DNA of 64,000 nt from the NCBI GenBank assembly GCA_030295235.1, contig AP026173.1, positions 124,001 to 188,000 of the forward strand, in the 5' to 3' direction. The DNA is from Fistulifera solaris (taxonomy: Eukaryota). The translations under genes were made by a program, and so were the position numbers. The notes below the pieces were generated by a model. That model was not told where the DNA came from. It made no database searches and saw nothing but the letters and a program-made list of their open reading frames with translations. Positions 52,001-62,786 of the stretch are shown one piece after another. Within the stretch, counting starts at the first letter, position 1. Each line of letters starts with the position of its first letter.

Positions 52001-52193
52001 GATCCAGGACCAAGTCCAAATTACCGAAATGACGGATGCTGCCGGTAACAAGATTGAAATTCAGCAAGACAAGAAGAAGCTTTCGAAGAAGGAAGAGAAG
52101 GCCCTTATTAAGAAGATTAAGCAGAAGGTCAAAGACGGCGAGAAGTTGGACACGGACGAAGAAGAGTTTGCCTTTGAAAAGGATCTGTTGTAA
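49001..52193 (+). CDS. EF3: Translation elongation factor 3 (HEAT repeats plus two ABC domains with chromo-like insert); intron 49227-49305
   Basis: TFVQSVESPAL, LCNCTFTLAYGTKILL, LSGGWRMKLALARAML, YVAQHAFHHIE, LSGGQKVKVVLAA, and a Lys-rich tail. Confidence 0.93.
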
Positions 52194-52255
52194 ACAGAAA
52201 CACTATTAACTACTATTATAAGGTCTCATTACATGTTATTTCTTTCTTTTCGTTA

Positions 52256-53086
52256 TCATGTGCTCGGCGAGTAGTACACCGTCGTAACAAATTTGGTTTT
52301 GTATCGTTGCGTGATCCCCAACACCATCATATTGTCTCGAATGGCCGTACAATACAAATGATTCAATGCCACATGCTGCGGCACCGGCAAGGCGGCCGTA
52401 TCTTGCAATTGCGGCGGTTTATTGAGAATAATGTGTCGCAAATGAGGCGGCAGCGGTGGCGGTTCTTTTGTATAATCATCGACATCGGGCATGAGATTCG
52501 AAAAGACTTCTCCATCTTGATCGGGTTGCTTCTTGAGAGAGCCCGTGGTCGCATTATCATCACTGAGATCGCCGTCGGAATCAGCCGACGGCACGGACAC
52601 AATCGTTTTGCCGTACATGGCGGCCGTCCGTTCTGTTTCAAAGGTTTTATCGCCGGTATAGGCCTTGAAGCCGGTGACATCAATGAAATTATTAATGCGC
52701 CCTTCAATATCGGCGACCGTCGGTTGATCCGGTGCGAATCGCCATTCATCATCCACAATGAATTTGAAGGCGTGTTTGCCTCTTTTCAAATTGTGAATGT
52801 ACGTAAAGTCATTGCCGGACCGGTGCATGGGAATTTGTCGACTCCAATTGTTAAAGGTACCCGTTATATACACTTGTCGACCCCCGTGTTCCCAACGAAA
52901 GACGGTCGGGACGGCATCATCGTCCAACCAATTGTCGGGCTCGGTCGTATCCATCATGACGGTATCGCGGTATTCTTCGACCGGCGGCGCCGGGGTGTCG
53001 CCGTAACCCACGTAACTGCTGCCGGGAATTTGTCGTGTTTCGTGTGGTTGTCCTCCCGCGTTGGCTTGCAGTGGTGCATTTCCCAT
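52256..53086 (-). CDS. AMPK/SNF1 kinase beta subunit
   Basis: MGN myristoylation-type start, CBM (PTVFRWEHGGRQVYITGTFNNW, FKFIVDDEW) and ASC domain (PPPLPPHL, HVALNHLY, RYKTKFVTTVYY). Confidence 0.93.
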   Translation of the reverse strand: MGNAPLQANAGGQPHETRQIPGSSYVGYGDTPAPPVEEYRDTVMMDTTEPDNWLDDDAVPTVFRWEHGGRQVYITGTFNNWSRQIPMHRSGNDFTYIHNLKRGKHAFKFIVDDEWRFAPDQPTVADIEGRINNFIDVTGFKAYTGDKTFETERTAAMYGKTIVSVPSADSDGDLSDDNATTGSLKKQPDQDGEVFSNLMPDVDDYTKEPPPLPPHLRHIILNKPPQLQDTAALPVPQHVALNHLYCTAIRDNMMVLGITQRYKTKFVTTVYYSPST

Positions 53087-53491
53087 TATTTAATTAGTGT
53101 GTATTGTAAATTATAACGAAGGAAAGACACAGAAGGGGAAGGATGATTGATTGATGAAAGGATAAAGACTCTTGTTGTAACGCATTAATCGTTACATAAA
53201 AGAGAGAACGAGACGGCGTATTTTTTTGACACCGCTGTTCGTCCGTCATGACGGTCCACAGTATGCGACGAGTTGCCTGACCGGCACTAGTCTGACAGTC
53301 CATCCGGATAGGCCCCCACGACGACGACGACGACCTCGATGATCGTCCCGTCATTTTTTTTTGGAAAGTTCAACGCGTGTGTGTTGACTTTCCTTGATAT
53401 TCTAGTCTATTGTTTGATTTCATTCTATTTTTCGTTGCTGCATCAATCCTACTAATAACTTCTATTATACTATATCAAAAGACACACAGGC

Positions 53492-53812
53492 ATGGATCGT
53501 ATATTCGCGATTCAACAAGAACGTCTGTATCAATGGGATACCGTGTACCGCTTACTGCAAGCCTTACCTGTATTAGGCCATCCGGCGGAAGCCGTCGAGC
53601 GTCTGCAACAGCATTTGCAAGAACTGGATGCCCACCAGGATTTATTCGACAAGCTACAGACACTACCGCAGACGACTCCCCAAGATCACTGGATCTGGCA
53701 GCAAACGATGGTAGCACTGTTGCAAAAAACGTTGCAACAAGAACATGAAGCCTACCTTACAATCAACGATCGACCCGTCAAGAGAGCGCGGTATGCCGTG
53801 ATCGACCGATAA
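53492..53812 (+). CDS. Hypothetical 106-aa helical protein
   Basis: ATG-initiated ORF with Q/L-rich coding-like composition; no recognisable family. Confidence 0.5.
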   Translation: MDRIFAIQQERLYQWDTVYRLLQALPVLGHPAEAVERLQQHLQELDAHQDLFDKLQTLPQTTPQDHWIWQQTMVALLQKTLQQEHEAYLTINDRPVKRARYAVIDR

Positions 53813-54199
53813 AACTGTACTCTCGCTACTGTCAGTGATCCTTCTATGTGTTTTCTTTGTTGTGGTGAATTGTTCAAGTGCTTCTCAGTCATCACTACCT
53901 TGCCAGAGATACTCATCTCTTCGCTACATTGAGAATGATTCGACTCTGAATAATATAATAGTTGTATGAATATCGCTGTCTACTTTTCTTCTTTTCATCA
54001 GCTAAGCGGAAACACTAAATCTTGAATATATTTGAGAAAATCAAAAAAAAGAAAAAAGCGGCATCATTTCTCATAGAGCAATGCATCAAAAATAAATAGT
54101 TAAGAGTAGTAGTAGTCTAGTACTATGGATTTCACAAAGTTTCGGCCCGCACATAACATCTTCTGATCCCCAATAACCTAATATCCACACAAAACACTT

Positions 54200-55739
54200 T
54201 TACGAGCTCCAGTCCCAGGGCTCTTTCCGGGAACCATTGTCATTGGGTGACAAGGGCGATCGCCAGGACGAATACGAGCCGGGGGCACCGAGATCCGAAC
54301 GATACGTGTCGGGACGCCAGAATCCGTCGTAGCCACCGTAATAATAGCGATCGTCGTATCGTGGGGGAGGATAGTTGTAATTGTTGTTGTACTGCGGTCG
54401 CCCCGGAGGATACATTCCATTGTTGTTGTAAGGTGGTTCCCGGTAGTAATAGTTGTCTCGTGGTGGTCCATAACCCTGTCCGTTTCTTTGACTCTGCTGA
54501 CCGTAATCATATCCGCCATTGTTGCTGTACCGCTGTGTATCGTAATTTTGACCGTATGGCTGATTTCGAGAACCGCCATATTGCTGAAAATCGTTGTCTC
54601 GATTGTATCCCGACTGTTCCCTCCGAGAACCTTTGGATTGTTGCGAGTCACCGTCACGCGAATTTCCCGTCTGATCCGTTCTCGATGGAGAAGAATTACT
54701 TTTGCGGCAGGCCAAGAGGCATATTTATCATCCACCATTCGGCCATTATACCTGCCGGATCTGATATCATACTCGGGCGGTCTCTGATTGTACCCTCGCG
54801 GATCCATTCGGGGATCCATTCGAGGGTCCATGTAGGGATCTCTAGCGTAAGGACCCGGTCCATAGGGGGCATCAAAACCCCGGTCGTACGGATTGTTCGG
54901 GATTCTCGCCCCTCGTAAAGCATCACCTCGATTGAAATTGGCCGCGTTATCCGACCACGAATTTGTTTCTTTGATCCTCACCCCCTTGAGCGTATCCGCT
55001 GGATTGAAGACGGCGCCTTCTTCCACATTGAGTGAAGATCGCTGACTTGGTGACCGATTCTCGTAATATCCATTGCTCTCTGGTGGTGCATTTGCATTGT
55101 TGTAATTGTCAGATGACCTTCGTGGATCAGGTCGAGGTCCATTTTCCCGGGGTCCATTCTCCCGTCGTTCCGACGAAAAGATATCTTCGGTCACACCGCG
55201 GGCAAAGTCAAATCGTTTTCGTTGCGACGGTGCTTCACCGGGAACACCGATCCGCGTAAAGCCGCGATCCGAAGGCGGCCCCATGTTGGGGCCCGGAGGT
55301 TCACTGTCGTCCACCATTCGCGATCGCGGATCCCAGGTCGCCCCGGAGGCGGTGGACCCGGCGGTGGACGACGGGGTCCGCGACTTCCGGGTCGTGGCAT
55401 AGGAGGACTCACATTGCGTGGCGTTGGTTGTTCTTTGGATCCTTTCGGAGTTGGTTCTTTCCCTAAATTCGCGGCGAACGGGAGAGGATCGCCTTCGGGA
55501 GACGACCGTCGTCGCGGCGAATTGTCACTGCTTGATGCCTTTGACGAATTGTCCTTTTTCTTTGACGGCCCTCCCTTGGAAGCATTGTTCTTCGAACTCG
55601 AATTATCGTTATTGTTGTCGTCGTTTTCCGCATTTCTCGCTAAACTCGTCCGTTTTGACAGCCGCCCTACTCCTGTTGTAGTGAAGGACGATCCGCCGTC
55701 GAGCGCTAATAATATTAGCAGAAGACGATACACCTTCAT
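54200..55739 (-). CDS. Signal-peptide-bearing (possibly plastid) disordered G/R/P/Y/N-rich protein, ~510 aa; two frameshifts (~55332, ~54700)
   Basis: MKVYRLLLILLALDGGSS-FTT leader. Three overlapping ORFs join by adding one base in a G-run and one in an A-run. Confidence 0.7.
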
Positions 55740-56381
55740 GTTTATTACAAACGAGTCTGTTAAGAGAGAATGATAGGCAATCAACGAGACGACTTATTGG
55801 TTTCTCAACAAAAACGGAATGAAGCAAACGAGATGTCATCCTCGTTTTGAAAAAAAGAGGCGCGGGCTCGCTTTCCATCGCCAAAGGGAAGCCCGGGCCG
55901 CGACTCTGGTTCTTATTTGGTTCGCTAATAAACTCCACTATAGCACTAAATAATAAAAGAGCGGGACTTATCCTCGAACGCAAAAATGCATCGATTACGT
56001 CATACGCGGATGAAAGTGACGTACGGAAGAAATCCAGAAACGATACTACTCTTCGCATTACAGTAGAATGCGGTACTGGGCCAAAGGCTATCCTTATCCC
56101 TTATCCGATTGCTGATGAGAGTTTCCAAAGTGACGTCGCCTTAGCATTCAACCTTTAATCTCTAGAGGTTGCAATTGATATTTTGGAGCACTAAATAGAT
56201 TTAAACGGTTAAGATAAACAACTGGTAAGGTAATGGATGCCCATGACTATCATTCCGTCGACTTCTATTCCCTGTATTGCTCCCAAACGGTCATGCAGAA
56301 GAGACAATTCGACGCTTCCTGCATCCTTTTTGTGGACCAGAGGCCCTTCATTCTCGCTCGTCAACTAAGGCGGTGATATGG

Positions 56382-56725
56382 TCATGGTGAACCCCGCCGT
56401 ATTGGGAGTGAAGGCTGATCAGAGACAGGTGCCACGAAAGCCCAGTCCACCTTGATAGTTTGCCGCAAAATTGTGTTCCGTGCATTCGATTGATCGCATC
56501 TTGAGCATCGGATTGCTCCTGGAACTCGATGAGAGCGTATTCTTTGGCTGTTCCGTTCAAATTACGATGCAATTTCACGCTTTGTACGTATCCAAAGTCG
56601 GAAAACGCGTCGAGTAGATCCGACTCTCGTGTCTCGCGAGGCAAACCCCGAACAAAGAGGACCCAGCCATTGCGCGATCGTATAGGACCTGGCCTCAATC
56701 GTTCCGGTTGTTCATGGCGAGACAT
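56382..56725 (-). CDS. RBM8A: RNA-binding protein 8A / Y14-like RRM protein; frameshift ~56459-56461
   Basis: PGPIRSRNGWVLFVRGL...KEYALIEF...AI..MHG, then IKVDWAFV after the frame correction. Confidence 0.8.
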
Positions 56726-57419
56726 GCTCGGGAATTGCAAGCAATCGAACGGCACCGCTAAAAGTATTTGCTTCGAATGGTGCCGAGGAAATCGTCTTCG
56801 GTCGAGATGATGACGGTGTGTTTTGCGTTGACGTAGTAAACCGAAAAACAAGTCAGTCGCAGCAGATGGCCAACCCCTTGTCTTCAATACCCATTTCCGG
56901 CTGCCACGTACAAAACTGCAAGCAGTTCTCGATGAATACTACAGAGTGTAGATGAACTTCAATGTTCCGTACTGACAAAATTTATGTTTCTGGTTTCCAG
57001 TTCCAACTTTTACATGGCACTCTAGCGTAAAATGTACCAGTCGGAGTATCATCGGAATACTTGAGGACCGAGGACCGCGACCGAGAAACTAAGGTGCTGA
57101 AGCCAATCCGGATTTTTGTGCGTCCCCTGACCCTGCAGCTCTCTTTGCGCTTCAACAATGTTCAGCTGAATGCCTTTGTTTTCTCTTTTTGGAATGTTAC
57201 GGGTACTTGTTTCAAGTACAATCCTGTTACGGTTTATTGTTTCGCCTTGTTTGGATGTTAATCGCATTCCCACTCTTTGAGATGAGATAAAAGATTTCGA
57301 CAAAACAAGAAGTTGGTACTTTGCCTTATTTAGTAACTTTTCTGAATTTTATGTTAGTGCTAGAAGTTGCATTTGAGATTCTTAGTGCATGTCTCGAAAA
57401 AATGAACGAGACGGATTTC

Positions 57420-60241
57420 TTAACGCCACCGCCCGGCATCTGAGCGGCCCTCTTGACGACTTCCACTACTTCGTGCATCGTATCTACCGCCGCCAGGGTA
57501 TCCGCCGGCATCGCCTCCGCCAAATCGACGTTGTTCACCTGTTCCTCCACTGCTGCCGCCAGTATCACCAGACCGGCCGCGCAGCGGGCGGCACGTACTT
57601 GCCCACTTTCTTCTTACGATCCTCGTCCATTCGTTTGAGCTCCGCCTGGCGCCCTTTTTCTTCGGCGGCTTCTTTTTCGCGTTTCGCTTCCTCACGCTTT
57701 TGTTTTTCTTCTGCTGCTTTGCGTTGCTCTTCTTCAGCTTTTTGCCGAGCCTCTTCTTCGGCTTTGCGCTTTGCCTCGTCTTCTTTGCGCTTACGGGCTC
57801 GTCGGAATTTAGCACGTTCGGCCTCCGCTTCAGCATTTCTTTCCGCTTCTGCGCACAAAACGCTGTGCTCTGCTTCGCGCCAGGTCATGACCATGTCCTC
57901 GAATTTCTGACAGTAAGAAAAGACTGAATGCGCCTCCAGTGCCTTCTTGGCTTCAACATCCTCTTCCCACCGCTTCTTTGCAATCTTGACTTTCTCTTCG
58001 TTTTCCTTTTCATAGAGATCCCGGTCGTGGTTGACTTTCTCTTCGTATTTCTTTCTAATGAGTGGCAGTTCTTCAATTCGGATAGCCCGTACCAAATAAT
58101 CCAGCTTCTTCGCTACTTCTTTTGTTTTGCGCTCGGCTTCTTCCTTCTTCTTGTTGAGCTTTTCTTGATGCTCTCGCTGAAGCGCTTCGGTGTCAATCTG
58201 TGAAATCTGTTCATCTGTCATAGCTTCAGTGTCCTTGCCCATTGCGGTCAAAAAGCGTTTCTTTTCTTGATTGTCCAATTCCTGCTGAATCTTGCGCTGC
58301 TTTTCCAACTCACGCAATCGCTGTTCACGGGCAATACGCTTTTCTTCTTCCGCTTTGCGCGCCGCGTCTTCCTCGGCCTTGCGCTGTGCAGCTAGTCGCA
58401 ACTTCTCCTGTACGTCACGTTCCGCCTGTTCCTTGCGCTTTTCAATGAGCTCTTTACGTTTCAACAATCCGGTATGATCATCGTCAAGAGATTCACGAAT
58501 GCGCTGATATTCACTCAAACGGTCTGTCGGTGCGGGAGGGTGAATGCTTTTAGCAACTTGTTCCAGCGACTTGCCCAAAACCGTCAATTGTGATGAATTC
58601 CAATCGGTAGTGGCGCCAAAGCGTAAGCAACCCGCACGGTGGTCAATGCGGACGGTGATGGCCTTAGTCTGGGTAAATTGCACCAAACTCTTTTCAATCT
58701 GATGAAACGTCATACCGGTGGTCAATCGTTGCAAGTAGTCCAAGCTTACAGTATGGTAAGCTTGATTGAGATTGACAATTAACCGAAGAAGCAAGACGTT
58801 TTCCAATGGCTTGACGTAACGTCCCAAAGTATTGTCTGCAATACCAGTATCCTGATCGTACGTGGAACCGACTTCTTTCTGCAGACGCTGTAGCAACGGT
58901 TGTGTCTGCTCGACCATGATGACAGGATCCTGAGTTTGTTCCAAGAGGTTGTAAAGATCGCGCAGATAGTCAGGAACCTGGTCCAACAAGTTCTTGCTCT
59001 TAATTTCTTGAAGGAGAACCTCGCGAGTGGGATGGCGCGTGTGGAATCCAAGCAAAACGGCCATTCGTGACATCTTTTGCTTCATAACGTCATCCTGAAA
59101 GACCCCGCCACCATTCGAGTTGTAATTCGGAGGAATACACAAGGCAGCCAACAAGACAGCGCTCGCTTGACGCTGTTTTATTTCTTCGCTCATACCTCGG
59201 TGAAACTCTCGGCACAAACTGTAGTACTTGTACCAAGCAAAGGCGTGGAACAAGTAGTTTTCGGAAACCCAAAACAAGGTAGTAAGCTTCTCGTAGTAGG
59301 CAGCCATCAACTTGGCCTTTGGAGGTGTCTTGCCACGACCAATCTGTAGAATGTTGTAAATATCCTCAACTGTACGAAAGCCTTCAGTGTAGCGATGTAA
59401 CACACTAGCCGTTTCAAGCTGTGCGAAGCGCGTCTGCAGATGCAATTCGACACTGTCTTGCGACCATCCTTCCCAACCTCGTATCTGAAGTAAGAGGAAA
59501 ACGTAAGGAAGTGAGAACACTACTCATATTAAATTATAAGATCATGTCAAGTCGCCTACGCACCTTATTGGATTTGATGTCATCGTCCCCTCCGTACTGA
59601 CGCAAGTTTCCTAGATGAAGACGAAGCATGTCACACAAATGACGGAACTCCATGCGACGTTTGTACGTCTGACAAAACTGCAAAGCGTTTTGAGCAGCAG
59701 CATGATAAACGAACTCCAACTTGGAGTTGGATCGCAAAATATCAAGGATCGCTCGATAAGTTTCCCAGAGGAACTTGAGCGAAGGCAGCAACACCGTAGA
59801 ATCACGTTGCGATTTCGCCGGGTCCGTGCTCATAGTACTCAATAGAATGGCTTGTGGGCTAGCCGCGAACCCCTCCTCTTCGTCATCTTCTTCGGCGGTT
59901 CGACTTTCTAGCTCCATCGCAAACTTTTGTGCTTCATCGCATTTGCGCTCCGCTTGCTCCATCAAATAACGAATCACCTTTTCCAAGGAGCCCGGTGCCT
60001 GCGACTGACTCAAGTTACGGTATTGGTGCAATCCATCCTTTGCTTCGCGCGATTTGTGCAGATCTAAACACAAATCGAGATAAGTGATCATGATTTGCTC
60101 GTAAGCGGGGCTCCAGGTGCGGTTGCGACGATTGCTCAAAACCTCATGCAACAAAGCGAGTGCAGCGTCTTCCTGCCGAATTTCCCGTAACTCCTGGGCC
60201 CTTCGGAGGGCTAGCTCCGGCTTGTAATGAAAGCTGGACAT
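57420..60241 (-). CDS. EIF3A: Translation initiation factor 3 subunit A; intron 59485-59563; frameshift near the 3' end (~57575-57600)
   Basis: KPELALRRAQEL, AKDGLHQYRN, LKFLWETYR.ILDILRSNSKLE, PCI region, KKLDYLVRAIRIEELPL, KYVPP and an RG-rich tail. Confidence 0.93.
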
Positions 60242-61119
60242 TGTTGCGCTTGTCAAAAGATCCAACAAACAAATAATGCAACTGCGTAAAATGAAACCGC
60301 TTTGAATTTCATTATTTAGTTTCATGGCGGCAAAAGCAAGCAGCGCGGGTTTCCTCGTCCGCTCGTCCTCTTTTAGGCTCATAGCCTGTCTAGTTCTCTT
60401 ACTCTATGTCTGACAGTGAAACATTGGGTCACGGAAAAGCTGCAGTCACGCCTCGGATTTTGTTTGGATGTTGCATGTTGCTGGAATGCTAGGTTTTTTT
60501 CTTTATAGTCAACTGCTTAAGATGATCGAAAAATATAATGCTTTCCGCTCTCCAATTCCAGCTGAAAACGCGGAAATGAAACGCTGTTTTGTAGGCGAAT
60601 ATTTGTTGTGATCAGAGCACGAATGCCCTTTTCACTTTATATATGTACATGGTACTTCGTTCTCATAGGAACGCGAGAAAGCCGACACGGCATGGAGATT
60701 TTCGCAATCTTTAATCTGCTTTCAGGTTTGTTGGAAGCATATTGCTAAACGGTCAGATGAGGTCTTTAGGAATGTAGCTGGTAAAACAAATTGTTAGTTC
60801 GTGTCGCCGGGAGAGGCAGAAAAATTCACGATCAATGTACTTATGCAACTCCATTCAACCAAACCTCTGAACTTTGCCATGACATGAAAACGAGGGCCAC
60901 GGAAACGTGTTTGAGGGCAAAACATCTGAAAATCTGTTTAATGGGCAAAACATAAGATTAACACAATCCGAATTCACCAGCCGAAGTCAGGCGGAGTAGT
61001 TACGAAGTACCAGTAACACTTGTCACGATCTCTTTGTTTCCTTCTCTCTGTAGAATAAGGCAAAAAGGTAGTTTGTTTGAGTTAAGGACGTTTAAAATTT
61101 GGTAAATTTTATACGCCCT

Positions 61120-62330
61120 TAGTCTAGTCTGAGTCTCTGTCGTCTGACGAAAGCACAAAACCGGTATCGAAAATCGAGACTGAGTCTTGGACGTGGGATA
61201 TTTCGAGCAACTATAGATTTCGAGGCGTCCGCAATTTATCCTCGTCCAGCGTCGTAAGACCTTAAAGGGGCCCCAAAGCTCAGCTGCTCATTAGTATGGA
61301 ATTAAAAGAATTGAATAGCAAGGTTTATAATCCGCGATCTGTAAAAAGTGTATGTGTAATGTGTAATTGTGTAATGTGTACATCCTACGGCGAAGGTCTC
61401 TCAAGACTCAAGAAAGGCTAAGAGCTAAGAGTCTATAGAGGGGCGTAAACAATAACGACCACAATGTCCGTAAGTTACATATGCAATTTGCAATGCTAAA
61501 TGCCACGTACGTGGTACGTCTAAGGTGCAAGCTTGGGTATAAGATGAAAGAAAGTGGTTACTTGTATAGAAAAGAAAATGGTGTTCTTGATACCAAAAAC
61601 CAAAAGTCCTTCTCTTATTCCATCCGCAACAAATGCCCCATGACCCGTGACTCAAATCTCAATTATCGTCCAAATGTCGAATGTTATTGACAATAGGCGT
61701 AGTCTAGAGAGGTCTATTTAGCGCAGCAACGATCTACGATCTAGAGAGAGCCTCTTGTAGCCTCTAGCCTCTCTAGCACTCTAAACTCTAAACCTTATCG
61801 CACCAATTATCATTCCCGCTGTATTTCTTGATGTCCATTGTAGCTTGTAGGTAGTCGGATATCGGATATTCGCTGTAAAGTCAAATCGCATTATTTCTTA
61901 GAACACACAGCAGTATAGATTACGCCTTCAAGACTAACGATTAGCGAGACATTCGGCCATTTCCGCTGCGTGGTTCTAAGCTAACGATTGGGCAATTTAG
62001 CTTGTCTTCTCCTGTATCTTGTGCCCTTTCCTTTCTCTTGAATTCCCAAATATCAAGCGGAGTATTAGGTTCTACATACAAAAGTATATCTCTAAAGAAT
62101 ACATCCCTGCAAGAACAAAGGCGTCAGTAATGATTTGCGTCTGTTAAGTCCAATGTCCAATGTCATGAAACTTCGCCGTTTTCCGCTGGCTGGAACGCTT
62201 GGGACTTGGGATCAATCCAAATACGCGTTTACCTTTTTGTGCTATATGGCAAAAAAAGTACGGAAGGCGAGACCCCCGAACCGACTTAAAGCTTAATTAA
62301 AGCCGCGATCAAGTTAATAGCTAAAATTCT
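61120..62330. repeat. Second tract enriched in 7-bp tandem duplications
   Basis: tgtgtaa repeats (~61353), ctcaaga x2, gctaaga x2, acgatct x2, tagcctc x2, ctctaaa x2, cggatat x2, gtccaat x2, cttggga x2. Confidence 0.8.
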
Positions 62331-62786
62331 AATACTGTGTACGTTCTGAACCATAGTAACAATTAGAGGACATCACAGGCTTTATACCACCTGCATGGCG
62401 GGATTACGACTCTTGCCAAACGCCAAACGTTCTTTCGTGCACTTTGTACGACCATTCGTTCCGTACAATTACACACACAGACAGTGTTTTTTCGGCAGAA
62501 AAAGCGGAGGCCCAACAAAAAAATCGTTTGGCAGGTCAAATCAATCAATCGACGCAATCATCCTCTTTGTATTTATTACATCGCTACCCGTTCGAGATCT
62601 TGCACGACTATGGCACCACTATCATCAACTCGAAACGACAAACGCATCGTATTAAGCCACGAGAAGAGCTCTCATGCAACAGTCAACAAAAGGACGCCTT
62701 CCCAGTTTCTGTCGAGGATATCCAGCAAACGATTCGATTGCGGTCTTACAAGTGAAGTTACTGACTCTCAGTGCACGTCTCTTGAC

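Noticed and set aside
49322..52067. Long antisense ORFs (up to 318 aa) opposite eEF3; similar ones opposite ilvD, AMPK beta and PFL
   Set aside because: Expected shadow of biased codon usage in the sense gene; no recognisable motifs.
662..57600. Calling the frameshifted genes pseudogenes
   Set aside because: Catalytic motifs are intact, there are no nonsense codons, and the indels are almost all in homopolymers.
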